62,390 bases of DNA, filler included, from Platydemus manokwari (GCA_037951405.1; 6 parts of 6 records of this genome joined end to end with filler, not necessarily neighbours in it); one strand, 5' to 3'; shown: positions 1-15,400, counted from the whole stretch's first letter. Notes: generated by a model not told the origin, from the sequence alone. A program made the numbers and translations.

Positions 1-2364
1 TAATAAAAAAAATCAATATAAATAGATATAAAAAAAATTTTCAAATTAAGTGCTAAATTAGGAAAATAATAAGGGCAAAAATTATAAATTTATCATAAAA
101 AATTATTTAAAGAAAATATGTTTTCATAAATCAAAAATTATATTTGTCTGACTGCTCCAAGTAGCTAAATTATAGTTTCGACCTCAAGGTCATAGAAAAA
201 CCATCAGCAAATCTATTTTTGGCAACTGCTTCAGTCCTAAAAATTGACCACCCCAATTCAGGTTCTTTATCGACTAAATTTGTGGGTTGTTACTATTTTT
301 GGCACTGACGTGTAAGTGTTGCTAATAATAGTAACCGATGTAGAGTTTGTCGCAGACAAAGTATATAACCAGAGATCAATCCACAGTTGTGGCACAATAT
401 CGACTCGCTAAAAATTTGTACCGAAATTTCAACGATTGATCAAAATTCCTTTTGAAGATATTTTTTGTATGCCAATTTTAACAATGCAATCCACAAGTAA
501 TTTTTTTAACTGTTCAATTCATTCTCAATCCACGACTAATCTTAGTCTTGGGGTCTATTAAAATCATATAAGTTCCTGCTCTAAAATTTCCCACTTTCAA
601 TTTTTTGTCACTAGAGGCCTACCCGAGCACCTAAGCGGTACGCCCTATACTTTTTATTCGACTACACATCTCTTTCCTCCTACAGTTACGAATACCGTCT
701 TGAGTAGTATAAAATCTATTGTGTTCAGATTATTGTTGATTAATATATTTTTTTGGTCTTATTTTACATTGTTCAATTGTATTTTATTTTATTTATCATT
801 TATATTTTAAATATTATTTTTATTGCATCACCCAAGTACTAAAGCGACAACAACCTCTTATCCAGATAAGTTCAAGATCTAGGGCAACTATTATTAACTA
901 TTTAAATTCTTCTGATGAAGTTTCGCGCGTTAATCAATATCTTTTTACAAATTGTGCATTTTCAATTTGAACTTATCATTATTATATATAAAACCCGATA
1001 ATCTTTAACACATGTCTTAATAGCCAATCTCGAAACATCGACCCATATATCGAATTTGATATTCAAATTGCGCACATCAAAAACAAGTAACGAACATTGA
1101 GATAAGTCAAAGGCACGAGAGATACAAGAAAATTTGCTAATAAACCACCGTGTGAAAATACCTCATAGATTGAAAAATAAAGCCTTTCGACATCAAGTAA
1201 ACATGTGTAATAAGCCTATTAAAGGAATTGGATCTCGTGAGCATCCATCAGTCTTTCTCGGTCGGCAACTGTTATCTGTCGTAACTTTTATGTGATTTTT
1301 TATTAACTAGTCTTTATGATTGATATTTTATCGCTGTCTAATTTTCAAGTTTTGACTGCCTGTGTATTGATTATTGATTTGACCAATGTGATTGTGATTC
1401 CGTACCGTGATTGTTTGACTATTTTGTCTTTTGTATAAACTGTAATTCCTAATTAGCATTCAGCAGTAGCAAATATTAGTAACGCACATCTATTTCTCAG
1501 TGATTTGACAAGCAACTTAAATTTTGAAAAGAATCATATTATTGGTGGGAACATCACAAAAATCAAATCTAACAATAAATTAAAGGAACTTGCAATTAAA
1601 TACAAATAAAACCCTATCATATATCACAAATAAAGAAAATATCCTTAGAGCATTTACTTATATTTCATTCAAGGTAAGATTCACATTCTGCATGACTCAT
1701 ACAAAAATATATGGAAAATAGGTGAAGCTAGGAGCAAAAAATAGATAGAGAAAAACAACTCACAAATTCAAATCACTTTAATCGAATAGTGGTTGCATAC
1801 GAGGTTAATTTGTTATTATTCAATGCATATAAATTTAATCTTTCTTGCTCTTTATTGATTTTATAAATTCTCTTTATTTTATTCATCATATGATTTGAAG
1901 TTGTCATTTAAATATAAATATATTTAGAGTCTTAATTATTTTGTTATATATAATTATATTTACCATGTGGGTATTGTAATAATTAAAACGTGCCGCTGTT
2001 TCGTTTAGAGTCCGATATTGGATCTATAAACATCAATGTACATTAAGCATTAGCAACTTCACATCACCAATATCTCCAATTTAGCTTTAGAGCACAATAT
2101 CCGACATCTTTGGAAATCGTAATAAGCAAATTTTATTGTGTAGTTTTTTTATTTTATTTTTAAAACATAAATTATTTACACACTAAGTGTTAGATTACTG
2201 GTGATGATAAATCTATTAATAAGTCTGATAAATGGTAAATAAATAGATTCAATAAATAAATATTTACATTTATTAGATGAAAATTGATAAATAAATAAAT
2301 TTGATAAATAAATAAATGAAATCAATAAATAAAAAAATATTTATTAGATTAAATAAAAATATTA

Positions 2365-2549
2365 CAATATTCCTCCTCCTAACCACCACTTTTGGGGAAT
2401 TGGAAAAATGTGGCGGTTAAGAACAGTTTCTTATAAGAAAAGTAGTAAAGAAGAGCAATCAAATGAACTTTTTATTTTTTATCATTGGAAAAATGCGGCT
2501 ATTAAGAGTAATTGGCAGTTAGGAGTGTCAGATAATAAGACGAATACTG
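2365..2549. mobile_element. Possible small Tc1/pogo-type MITE
   Basis: TA on both flanks, imperfect terminal inverted repeats caatattc / gaatactg, and an internal direct repeat attggaaaaatg(t/c)ggc. Confidence 0.35.
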
Positions 2550-3377
2550 TAGATGGTTTTTAGTTTAAAAATATTATGGGCATGAATATTTGATGAGAAT
2601 ATTATCCAATACCAAATGAATGAGATCACTGATGATGGAATCATATTTTCCATAATGTATCAATGAATCTATTAATAGAAAAAAATAATTCCATGACAAC
2701 CAATATTTGTGTCGAGTGATGATAATAGATTATTTCGAAATTTTAAATATAAAGCATAATTAGAAAATGAACGCAAGATTACAAACTATATCAACATATA
2801 GATAATCATTTAATGTTGTTCTTCTAATCTCGTAAATAGTGATGATTAGAAATTGTTTAAATTCATATTATTTACCGATATCTTGTGGAGTTTCGTGTAT
2901 TTCCTGATAAATCTTTCAATGAAGCCATGGAATATGATTTCGAAGAGAGATTTTTGTATATTCTCAAACAGTAGCTAATGAATAATTGTGACAAGAAATA
3001 GAATTTTTTATTTCCAAATAATGATTATATGTTGTAATTATTTTGTTTTGCTGAATATCTGTCATCAATGTTTACCTCATCCATCATTAAAACCAAACAC
3101 ACTTTTTATTGGTTATATAAATGATGTTAAACTTGTAGAGAAATCCGATGAAGGATATTTTATTTTATTGAATTTTTTGTTTTAATAATAGTTTGTTTTT
3201 GTTTTTGAGTTTATATTTGGCCAATGGCTTCCTTTGTATATAGATACCTTGTTGTTTTTATCAATGCTGTAAAAGAATAACTTTAAAAAAATTTAAAATA
3301 AAAATTTTTAATAAATATTACTTACAAATTTTTGTAAGTAGTTTTATTTATATAAAAACATTTTTGATCGTTTTTAG

Positions 3378-3616
3378 AAAAATTGGATCCTGAACAAGAG
3401 GAAGCAAAGAAAATGCATAATGCTGTGGAACTGAATATTTTGATCAAAGAAAAATCATCGGGATCTGATTTAATCATTTTAAATTTGCCTGGACCTCCAA
3501 GGAATAAGCGATCTCTCGGAAGCTATTTGAACTATTTGGACGTTCTTTCCGAAGATCTACCAAGAGTATTATTGGTTCGAGGAACTGGAAAAGAAGTTAT
3601 CACCATTTATTCATAG
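3378..3616 (+). CDS. SLC12A: Terminal coding exon of a K-Cl cotransporter (SLC12A4-7/KCC family)
   Basis: Acceptor tttttag ends at 3377. Translation MHNAVELN...LNLPGPP...LDVLSEDLPRVLLVRGTGKEVITIYS* matches the characteristic KCC C-terminus (VLLVRGGGxEVITIYS). AATAAA at 3687-3692. I did not find upstream exons in 1-3377. Confidence 0.93.
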
Positions 3617-6600
3617 TTTCATCTTACTTCTAGAAATTATCTTTTATACTTCTGCCTCCATGCTCAAATACTTGCTCAGTAGTTTTAATAAAATATTTAT
3701 TTAGAGAAGAATATATATATTATACTCTTTAGATGTGTTTGTTTTTATTTATTTATATTTTTTATTGTAGTTGCTAATATAAACTATAAACATTATTGTA
3801 TTGTTATCATAATTATGTTATTAATATTATGTAATTAAATATTATGATTTTGAATTATAAATTCTTAACAATTATAACGTGAATAAAATAGTCAAATTTA
3901 AGTTCATGAAACAATTAATATATGTGATGGTTAATTTTTATTAATACAGCGAACAATTGAAATATGTTAATACTGTGCCATATTGCAATCATAGCAGGTG
4001 TTCAAAGCCTATTGGTAATTTAGATGATTAGCGAGTGTAAACTAGTGAAACTATTATAGTAGTATAATAGTCGATAGGATTATCAACAATTTCCGTTTGA
4101 TTTTAGTTGATTATGATAACTCGAATTAACAATTAATGATAGAAAATTTTGTAGCCAAAACTTTTAGTTGGCGTTAAATGCAGTCAAAAAAGTATTTCCT
4201 TTAATAAATAAAATTTGAAAAAAATATGATGAAAAAATGAAATAATTAACTTCATTGAAATACACATTGATCGTGTATAAGTGTTTATAGACTAGTATAA
4301 ACATTTTTGAAGATCAAAGCAAATTTTGGCTTCGGATATGAGTTTAGTGTTTTTACATATGTGGCTTTATGGCAATACAATGAGCAGTTAAATGAAACGA
4401 AAATTTTGTAACGGTCTTTCATTTGTGGGGGGGGGAAAATTTCTAAAACACATTAAATGATGCCAGGATTTGAGAATTCAATTTCCGCAAGGCTGAATCT
4501 TTTCAAATATAATATCGAAATATTTGCAAATTCTGGTGGGATTAATTGATTCATATGAAAGAACAATGGAATAAATTCCACACCCCCTTCCAAGAAAATT
4601 ATTGACACAAACACCGTAATCTTTGTAAAAATTGAACTTATACAAAAATTCTCTGTCCTGATAACAGAAAATGCACTTAAATTATATTAAATAAATGATT
4701 ATTTTAATTTTTGATTAAAGTAAATGGTCAAAGTTATATTATTGATAATATTGATAATAAAAATATTTATAAATTAGGAAAAAATAATAATGTCAATGTA
4801 ATTGGGTTTTGATGAAATATAATTGATTTGTTTTCAATTCCTGTTTCGTAAAGTAGTATCAGTTAACAATATTAAATTTGAGATCCAATGGTCAATAAAC
4901 ATTAAAACAAAAGTCTTAACAGGTTTTAGTCACAAAACGAAGAAAACTGTTATTGAAAATTAACGAATCATTCCAATCACAAAAAGTCTGACAAAACATC
5001 CAAATAACTCAACGATAATAAACTATGATAGCTTAACACACAGTCTATGATCTTAGAAAAATCATTATACCGAAGATTGCAGTCGATTTATTGTAACTGA
5101 GACAACTGTGATCAATGAACCAATCCCTTAGAAACGCTCCAGTGTTCTATCATGTCTTAGTTTTGAAATCTTGATCTGCCAAAGTTTTCTTAAAAGTCAT
5201 CTATATTTACGAAAAAACATGTTCTTCTTATTGTAACATAATACTGACAGCACAAAACTTAAAAGCTAGAATTTTGACACAATGGTTACGTCATGGAAAT
5301 TTTCGAAAGATTATTACTTTACATTAGTATTTAATGAACTCGAAAAATTTATTTTATATATATATACTACAAAGTAAAAATTGATTTGCATACTTCACTT
5401 CTGTCCCATTAAAATTTATTAATTATTTCATCTTCACATTTTTCAGCTTCATTATTAATCACAAAGGTTTCCTCCCGTCTCGTTAGAAACACTCGCATTC
5501 CTGTCGTGAAGTGTATTAACGTAATACTGGAAAACCAGTTATTTCGAGTATCTTTAACTGTATGGTGTTGAATATATTCATTGTTTATTATAATAATTAT
5601 AATTATCGATAATTATAATTATCAAATAACTCGAATTCTGCACAAAAGCATAGAATAATTTATCCACTGAATTGAACAAAACAATGTGTCTCATTTGTTA
5701 ATGAGATTTCATAAATAATTTGCGTAATAAAGCAGATATAAATTTTAAAGTAGAAAAAGACAACAACATTTACCCGACGATAATTAAGCAAAATATTGAA
5801 ACAAAAAATATAAACAAAAACAAGAAATAATGATTTCTCCCAGTTCCAGTAAAATAATCCATTCTCACATTTGACAACAATTCTCCTAGCACAACAATCC
5901 ACAGAATGTTATCATTGAAATCAATCGTACTGGTTCACACATGGATGGTTTAACATAATTTTAAAACTAGAAATTTCTTTCGAAACTCTATAAATAACTG
6001 TTCACTGCATAATTGATGTTGGTGGCCTTGTTCTCACAAATATATTCCATTGTATACACTGCAAGTAATCGAACGATGCAATGTTTTTCTGGAATTGATA
6101 TATTCATTAAAAATGAACAAGAATTGGTCGAAGTAGATTTGATTGTTTGTTGTCATGAAGCGTTTCTAGATTTGGAGTTTTGTTTAAAATATGTGAATAA
6201 TTATTTAGCTATCTATATGGCCTTTGTTTTAAACATTAATTCTTTGTATCGACATCTTTTAGATTTACCATATGTTAACATTAATTCTTACACTTTTTCT
6301 AGGAACCTTATAACGTATTGAGAACAAGTAGACATAATTATCTATGCATCTAGATTCATCTAATAGGTAGATAGTTAAATGTATGAGTACGGCATTGTCT
6401 CGACAATAATATTTCTGACATTCCTAGAATTGATAAAGTATGCTTCGAATTGTTTACGAAATTAAAATTAAAAAGAATTCAGAATGAGCCAAATTTCTTT
6501 ATTATGCTTACAGCACCATACTGTATCCTTAAGTTCAATTTTCAACAATCCTATTGGTATTTCTGTTTCATGAGTAGATAGAATAATGTGATGGTTATTA

Positions 6601-6902
6601 AAAGGATTGATTCAAAAATCGCGAGTTTATAAAAATTTTAAAGATGATTAAAATAACCAATGAATTAAAATGTATTGGTACTAATATTATATATTCCTGT
6701 GACCCAATACGATCAGGAATTTTCAATTTCAAATTTCAGGTTTATGGTTTTGTGCCAATAATTTTTAGGCTGGCTACACTGGACGTTGTCAAATATCATG
6801 TAACTTTTTTTAATTAATAAAAAATTAATCACGATATGTGTTTTGTTTAAATAATGTGAGATTTTGTGGGGGCAAAGTAATTGCATTGTATTTATTTTTA
6901 GA

Positions 6903-7195
6903 AAATGAAATTTCTCTGGGAAAGCACTGAGGATGTTTCAGAAGCCATCACATGACAGATTACAAAATGTTCAAAGAGGGTCTAGAAATTGTTGAAGACG
7001 CCCCAATTCAAAGACGACTACAAGCATGTCAAGAAAAACTAAGATTTAATGTTCCAAGATTTTCAATAGATAATTTGATATCTTGATGATACTCTAAACA
7101 TTTAATTTTTATCATTCGACGACATTTTAAAAGCTGTTTCGTTAGTCAGGCAAGTCAAATCTCGTTTGGTGTCAAATACACTAACTTTTCGTAAA
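6903..7195 (+). mobile_element. Degenerate mariner transposase fragment (N-terminal HTH region)
   Basis: Frameshifted pieces EALRMFQK, FKEGLEIVEDAP and VKSRLVSNTLTF resemble the mariner FKxGRxxVEDxxRSGRP and xRxVPKxL motifs. Confidence 0.6.
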
Positions 7196-8629
7196 ATGGA
7201 GCTTTAAGTTCACCTGAAGTAAGGAATAATAAACTTTATTGAACCAGCTTTATCGCTGGGAAGATTTTAAAATGATGGGTTTAAAAATTTTAAAAATTCA
7301 ATTTTATGTAATAATTTGTTTAAATAATTAGCTTTAAATGTATAATTTTATGTCTTGACTTGTCAATTCGTTTGCGATGAGTATTATTAAATAGTAGTGG
7401 CTTACAATGACCATGGATAAACTTATTGGATTCAAAATGATGTCTGATCGTGATTTTTGGACCAAGCATGATGTGATGGAATTAAACAACAATACTTTAT
7501 TAAAAAAAGTAAAGTAATTATTTAAAAATGTACTTCTATTTGTTTCAATAAGCTGAAAATCCAGTCTGAATTCACATCAAACATTGGCTAAACCTATCAG
7601 CAAAATAAACCCTGTCTAGCAGATTGAAATAGGATACTTTCAGTTAATCCAACAGTTTTATAAGCTCAAACATATAGGTATGAGACTCATTCTCAATGCA
7701 AACAACACCCCTATGTAGTGAGTATCAATTTTCATAAAGAATATGTTTGAAAAAGACTGATAGAACTTATTTTTTTAAATGTCAAATTGTTCGAACAATT
7801 TAATAGGGAATGCAAAATCAGCGTCGGAGAAAACGGTTGATTAGTTGTGTAATAAAAAAATTAATTAATTAATTAGATATTGAAGGTTAAAAATAATTAT
7901 TATATTAGGGCAATAATAAAACTCAAAATTAAATAATCGATAAGTTTTATCGATTTATTTTTTTAATATTTCTGAGTTTATTATTTACCAAAATTTCTTA
8001 TGGAAGCTATTTAAAACGAATTATTTTTTGATGTTGTTGGATCGAGTTTTTATTGTGCTGTGAAATGTATTTGAATTACTGTAGAAATGACACTAGCAAA
8101 CATCTGAGATTTGTCTAACTATCTTTATTTAGTTGAAATATATTTGATTTATACACCAAATGCCTGGATTTTATTGATGGAATAAGATCATATTGGTATC
8201 TATTATTATTGCTATTGTGAAGCGAGTCGGAAATAATTCATAAAACCCTGAAATGTGGTCCACAGTGGTATACATTTTGTCACAACACGAACTATCCTAA
8301 TAGCCAACCAGGGGAATCTAAATCAATTCTTTGTGATTAGACATAAGTTCCGGATTAATGTAATAATTGTAACGCACCAATGACATAAGAAGTGGAATAA
8401 AATCTACCAAGCCTTCAAAAAAATAATGAAAAGCAAAACTTTTAAAAAACAGACACAATACAGCTTCTGGGCATTATCGTGTCATTGGAGAAATTTTCAG
8501 TCTTTTTGGTTTGGTAAATCTGGGGATTTATTCCATATGCTGAACCAGTCGTTCAGATTACATTCAATGGTTGATAAAAGTAAAGTGAAAACCGTTTATC
8601 ATCTCCTCTTTTAGACATTGATAATGTTT

Positions 8630-8830
8630 TGAGGATTTTGAAACGATGAAGATGATTTTTTAAAGATTTTCTAATTTTATGTGGTGACTTCAATTCGTTT
8701 TCAATACATGCTTTATAAAATAGCAGAGAAGATTTTAAAGAAAGGGAAATGTGAGGATTTTAAAATGATTATGATGATTTTTAAAAGAATTTATAATTTT
8801 TTCTCATGAATTTTGAGCTTATTTTCAATA
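8630..8830. repeat. Degenerate ~120-bp direct repeat (2 copies, related copy near 7260-7390)
   Basis: gaggatttt..aa.gat.a.gatgattttt ... ttttcaatac.tgctt.ataa occurs twice in tandem. Confidence 0.55.
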
Positions 8831-10134
8831 CGTGCTTAATAAGAATAGTCTCGACTTACAGTTGTCAATTCATTTCTACTATATAACCTACAACTGTAAT
8901 ATACACCAGCTACCAGATAGCTTTTTACAATCTATTAACACTCAACGAATACTTGTATAACACTGAGTGAATCGTCGAATAAGTCTTACATATCCATTAC
9001 TGAATTCGAACAAGTGAAATCTTGTGATTTAGCCGCAGTATTTATTGTTAACTCGACTAACGACCACAGCCTCATGAGCCATATTTAAATTTTAATTTTT
9101 ACAAATTCGCCTTGGATGAAAATTATAAAATCTTTCATGTGCTTTAAAACCCCATTGTTGATCCCCTGACTTGGTGGCCAGTGGAATTGAACATCCATAC
9201 AGATATTCGTAATCGAATATATAATTTAATCCATAAGGTTATCGATTCAAGAGCAATGACCGTTGGTGCGAGTGTAGATGAATTATTAATTTGATATGAA
9301 TTGTAAATTAGAGATTCTACTGAATACTGATGCCACTATGGGATAAAAATTGTTACCAAAATTATAGAAAAATCAAATAATATAAAGAAAAGCTGATAAA
9401 ATCAAAATTTCATATTAATCATGTTTAAAGCCACTAAAAATCTCAAAAATTTATATTATTCAATGATAATTTTTTTTAATTATTTTTGGTAAAGTCAAAT
9501 TGCGAGCCTGAAATGATACGTCTGAAAATATTCTGTTGATTGTTGCTAGGCAATTTTAGATGGATTATTGGAGTACTCAGTAATATGCAATGGACAATGA
9601 CAGTGTGTAATTATATAGCAACACGGATAATCAGTATTATCCAATGCTTAATGGACATATCTGAATCATATCTGCTCTTTGCTAAGTTTAAAAGATTTAA
9701 TAGCGAAAAAGTTTCTGTTCAAATCAGCAGTCAAGACAATTTGAGCTAATTCTCTGAAATTCACGTCAGTTGTGAGAAATCAAAACTCATCCATTTCTTA
9801 TAATAAAAAATGGATCAAATGCTTCATGATTTATTGAAAATAACTTTTCTAATAGATCCTTGAATCTGTTGTTGGAATTTAATAATAATAATAATTAAAA
9901 TAAAAATATTTTTATTATCATTATAATACATGTCTATGGGAATTTAGGGCACATAAAATCTATAAGAATATGCTGACTGTAAGTATTAATAATTTTAAAT
10001 AAATTTTAAAATTTATTGGAAAATATTTTAATATTTTAGCTATCCCTAATCAAGATAGAAAATCAAATCTCTCTAGAAAAACAAATTATATTTTGTTTAA
10101 AAAATTGTATTAAGTGTTGGAAGTAAATAAAATT

Positions 10135-10234
10135 NNNNNNNNNNNNNNNNNNNNNNNNNNNNNNNNNNNNNNNNNNNNTTAATTAATTAANNNNNNNNNN
10201 NNNNNNNNNNNNNNNNNNNNNNNNNNNNNNNNNN
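10135..10234. other. Artificial contig spacer (N44-TTAATTAATTAA-N44)
   Basis: Identical 100-nt N block with a central six-frame stop 12-mer. Confidence 0.97.
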
Positions 10235-10499
10235 ATAGACTGATAATCGAGAGGGTTGATTTGAATTTAAATCAGATCAATCTAAAGAACTCACCGGTGT
10301 TGGGAATAACAGCATATAAGTACCAAACCCTACAGGTGGTTAGGTACGATAACCGATGTTACAGGATTGTTCTTTGATTTCTGGTTTTTAGATTTCATTT
10401 AGATTCTAATTGAATCAAACTAGAATATTTTTTAGTATAATGTTACAATGATAAACAATAGTTAAAAATTAAAAAATTACTTTTAGCTTTACGAATTAG

Positions 10500-11800
10500 G
10501 ATTTATAAAAATAAAATATAAATAAAATTCATAGAAAAATGGAATCCTAAGGTATGCCAATTTTCTTATAAGATGATCCTTGGTTTGAATCGTTTCTGAA
10601 TGAAATTAGTTAATCGTCTCTGAATCACAATTTTCTTTTTGCTCGATCTGATCATTTATTAACACTTGTTTTACCATTGGCTCGGTGCTGTTAAAGTCCG
10701 ATTTTTCTGAAATTCTATACTAACTATACTCTGTTTTACTTGAGCGTTGAGTATAGTTTTCCCACAAATCGTTATTGAATGGTTTAAGGATGACAGATCT
10801 GCGACTTTGAATCACGATTTATAGTCATCAGCTGTGGTAATTGAATTCTATAGACACTATCTAGCTGAATTGGAGGCATAGCAGGACATCATTAGTTATC
10901 CGGTGATTATGCAGGTTGAAATTCCATAGCTAACCTACCGTTTTCTCTTCTATCTGAGTGCTTAAAGTGCGATAAAGTTTTGCATTAAAGTTTTGCATTA
11001 AAGCTCGAAATGATACGGTGTTCGGTCACCGGAATTTACATCAGTGTCTGATTTGTAGGTCTGACCAAGTCTTCATGTTAAGTAGCACCTCCGTTTAGTG
11101 GTGATGCTAGATCCTAGCAGTGCCGAATATTCTAGGCAAAGAGAAGCTTGAAAACTCGTTGATGTTTCATAACCTTCAAGATATGACACTGCTTCATTTA
11201 TACTGACTATAAGATCCGCTGAATTAAGAAATTGGTGAACCAATGTCAGACAGTCATCATATCTATGAACAATAAGAGACGTGTAGGATACTCTTAGTGG
11301 TTACAACAACGACGGGATCTTCGTTTAAGAGGGTATCTTCGTAAATAACATGGTGTATAAAGCGCCAAACATGACCAGTAATCTGACCGTTCCACATAAT
11401 TTTACTTAATCTCAAATTTTTGTGAATGACGCACCCAAGTAAACTTGAATTTTAACTCTCGAAGCCATTTAGGGAAATAAGAGTGTGCAAGTGCTTGGTG
11501 AAGAATATGTATCGCTTGACGCTTACATTTCTCTCTAAATACTTGCTTGTGATAAACAGCATCGTTCACGCGAATACAAACGCTATTCCGATAGAGTTCA
11601 AATTCCAATACGATTCAGTAATTTATCATAAAGTAGTTGATTGCTCTAACCGCTCGCAATTTACAACGAGGTTGTTCAAAAGTGCTGTCTAACATGGCCT
11701 GAAGAACCAAAAATCCTGATTCTAGAGGCTTCGATCAGTCCTGTCCGGATTACTTATCGGATCTTAAAATCAAGAACATTGAGGACATTCTTATATTCTG
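10500..11800 (-). mobile_element. Highly decayed LTR-retrotransposon 5' relic (PBS-like motif followed by gag-like remnant)
   Basis: TGGCGCT PBS-like motif on the minus strand at 11361-11367, followed by a higher-GC, stop-riddled stretch with gag-like TWSDLQ. Confidence 0.35.
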
Positions 11801-14800
11801 TAATCTAAAAGATCATCATAAACAATATTTTAGGTGAAAATTTGTTAAAAAAGAAATGTCATAGGACTCTACTTCTTAGTCTAAACCTACTTATTCGCCC
11901 ATTCACTAGGAATTAATTTTTGCTAAAATTTTGATTGTAAAATAGATAAATATGGATTTCAAATTTCTAAAATTTTTAATCAAAATTTGTTGTTAAAAAC
12001 CTTTTAATGTCTTTAGTCTGTATTAATTTTGTACCTGTTAAATATTTTTAGTTACCTGATGGTCAACTCAATTCCATAATAATAATATCGAAACTATTTT
12101 AAATAAATACTTTCAAAATTTTAAAATGAAGAATTTTAATTCTGTGAAAACACTGAATTTCGATGTCTTGTTTTCTAACGAATAATTTTCCAGGAAAATA
12201 CACGAAATAATTCAAAAGATAAAACTAGTTTATCATCGAATGCAACTTGAAAGACCAATCTCGAGATACAATTTTTTGCGATGCCATTTAAATAATATTT
12301 TAAAATTATGACATTAACAGTGTTTTTGGGGCAGCACTTTTGTGTTATTGAGAGGAAAAAGATTCATAAATAGGTGACTAATACATTTTCTCTGGGAACC
12401 CAAGTCACTGTTATATTATCAGTAATCAGTAACGCAATCCAATGTCAAATAATTCAATACTCAGAGTAAAACTAAATATTGCCATCATTTAAAGCTCAAT
12501 GTATGTTTTCAAAACTGTAATAATTACAAAGTGGACGAGAAGAAATAATTCACATATTACTCATAGCTAAATTAAGCTTAACAATTAACAAAAACTCCCC
12601 CAAAACTGCTTCCACAAACTCTAAATTTCATTGATAAAATCATTACTCAGATATTTAACCAATCAAATACACTCATAAACTGTCTAAAACTTATTCAGCT
12701 AATTCTATTTTGTTCTGCATGCCGATAGTTATCAACACGTCATAAAATAAGACTTATAGCTCTTCAAATGAAATATACTTTTCAATTGTCTTTCTCATCA
12801 AGTACACATCATCACAATGTAATTTTCTGATAAATTTATTACTAATTCGTGCATTGGATCACCTAAAATAGGATTGAGAAAATGAGTTATGATAATCGAG
12901 AAATTTAGAATAGATTTCATATCACATAGATAAATAAAATTTATTTCTAATACTGTATTGATTGTTCTGATCTGGTTATTCTATAATTACTAAAATAAAT
13001 TAAGTTAGATATAATAGAATCGAATATAGTAACTAGAATTTCACGTAAAGTGTGTTCAATCAATAGTTGTCAAGATGAAGAAGTCATCGAACTCATTCAT
13101 TACGAAATTATTTTGCTACTGAATTATTATTATTATCCATTTCAGAAATAAGTGTGTGTTATGTTTGGACCTTATTTCTTTTATTATTTATAGATGTTAT
13201 TTTTCACGATGTTAATGTTATTGCTATCGCTATTACTAGTGTCCTAATCAGTCTCGAGGAGTTCTTATTAATACTGCAAATGCAATCTAACTTAACCCAT
13301 TCGTTTTTCTATTCATACAACTTTATTGTATGAAGAAAATAATTATGGTGACAGTGATACTAAATATCATGGATTTTAAATAAGCTCTTTTCCTTCTGCC
13401 TACGTTTAACACCAGACTCATTGTCTTTAAACCTTTTTGAAGATTCAAATGAATCCTAACAAAAATTATTAATCACAAATTATAATTACCTGTATTATAT
13501 ATAAAATTATAAACCATAGGTGACTATGGGGATAAATTCAGTTCCTACAATAATCAGAGCTTGATAAATAGAAAATATGATAGATTGGAAAACATAATTT
13601 TAGAATGTTTAGAAAGTGCTGAATACTTATGTTACTCGGTCTTGTATTGAAACCGGCAGGGGCCAATATTTTCTATTTCATAAAATTATGTAATCCGTGT
13701 CCTGGTGTCAGTAATTGTGTCTTAATTGTGCTCTATCTGTGATAACGGTTTTATAAAGGAGTTGATGAGTCACTCATAGAAATTCTTTGCGATTATTTAT
13801 CTAATTCAGTGAAAATATTTTTAATGCTAGAATTTATTATGGCAGAGAGAAATTCTCGATGATTAAATTTAATCTCTGCAATCTGAATATTTTTCATGCC
13901 ATGATTATTTTATTGAATGTTATAATTTATTTGACACAATTATTTAATGGTTAGCAATTTGTTTAGTGTTATCTCTATTATTGAAATTTGATTAGGTTTT
14001 GTTTTAATGAATAAATTTATTCGAATGTATTTAATGAATTTTAATTAGTCTTTATTCATGAAATTGATAAAATATTTTTATAAAAATTGTGAGATCATTG
14101 AAATCACGAAATATTTTAAGTTTTGATTAGTTATACATTAATAATAATAATTAATACCTTCACTCATCAAATTGTTACGTATATTTCTGAAATAATTTTA
14201 TACGTTAGTATACAATACCCGTCAGATAATTGTCTTTAATAAACCCCTTTCAAAGTTCTAATAGTCCTCACACCTCAATAATCGGTTCAAAAGAGTTGGG
14301 TCATCTACTTCAAGTTATATGACGGATATAAATGCACAGAACTGAGAATGAACTCAGACATTATTGTTTGTAAACTCACCTAAAAAACTGATGCACCGAG
14401 AACACATAAAAATAATACCTTTTTATTTATGAAGTTATTTATATTAAAATGAAAATCCTTAATTCTAATATTAATCAAACTTGTTGCTAATAATCTTGAT
14501 GAACAAAAAACTTATAAATTAATGAAATCCGTTGTTAGTTACCAAAATTTCTTCATCTTCGAGATTTAAATCCGAACTCATTTTTTCTGAATAATAATCG
14601 ATTTTTTATTACATAAATTTACAAATAAATTTTAAAACCCAGTTCTAAAATTTGTTCCATCTGATTTGTCTACATTCCCACATATTTATTTTATGTCTTT
14701 TTTAATAAACTTTTAACTATTGAGTTTAACAGTTCTGTTCAGCAAGATCCTTAACGTTTATAAATATTAATATGATTTATTTAATTTTTATTTGATATAA

Positions 14801-14912
14801 CAAGTACTATTAACACCAAATATAAATTACAACAGTAATCAAAATGTTTTGATAATAACAGTTAAGTCATAAGCACATTCCGTCATAATATTTATTTGAA
14901 AAACTACACTAA

Positions 14913-15400
14913 AGCGCCAATCAATTATTTAAACAAACACCACATGTTTATTTATTTAATCACGTTACTATAAAAACGTATAAATTTTACGACAATTCCT
15001 ATCAAACTTCCGAATAAGTCATACGGATAAAAAACTACACGCTCTTGCAGCAAAACCACCGTCACGGATGTGAGACACAACTCTATAGTAGGAAATATTC
15101 ACAAAGTTTGTAATACCGATCAGTTTGTTAAATAATGATCAAACTCACGTTTATTGACATATACATTTGAACAATTGAATTGGTAATAGTGCTTCTGGCA
15201 AATATGGATCGAATAACGACTTCACACAATCTACAAAATGAGAAATACGCACTACGGGCTAGTGGTTCCGGTTAATTATTGGAAGAAAATTGTGATGTTT
15301 TACCCCCTATTTATACGATTTGAAAGATGAATTTAATCGTCACCCATAAATGGAAAAACTGGGTACAATTATTTTTATTCCCAAGGGATTTAACATTTAT
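14913..15400 (-). mobile_element. LTR-like fragment with TATA box and PBS-like motif
   Basis: Minus-strand TATAAATAGGGG at ~15303-15314, then ~380 nt of GT-rich R/U5-like sequence ending in TGGCGCT (14913-14919). Confidence 0.45.

Noticed and set aside
150-600. GC-richer minus-strand stretch, possibly a gag relic
   Set aside because: Too degenerate to assign.
5470-5930. Hydrophobic minus-strand reading frames with a possible donor near 5774
   Set aside because: I could not build a phase-consistent gene or recognise a family.
10179-10190. TTAATTAATTAA recurring about every 10 kb as a regulatory or repeat motif
   Set aside because: It is always centred in identical N blocks, so it is an assembly linker.
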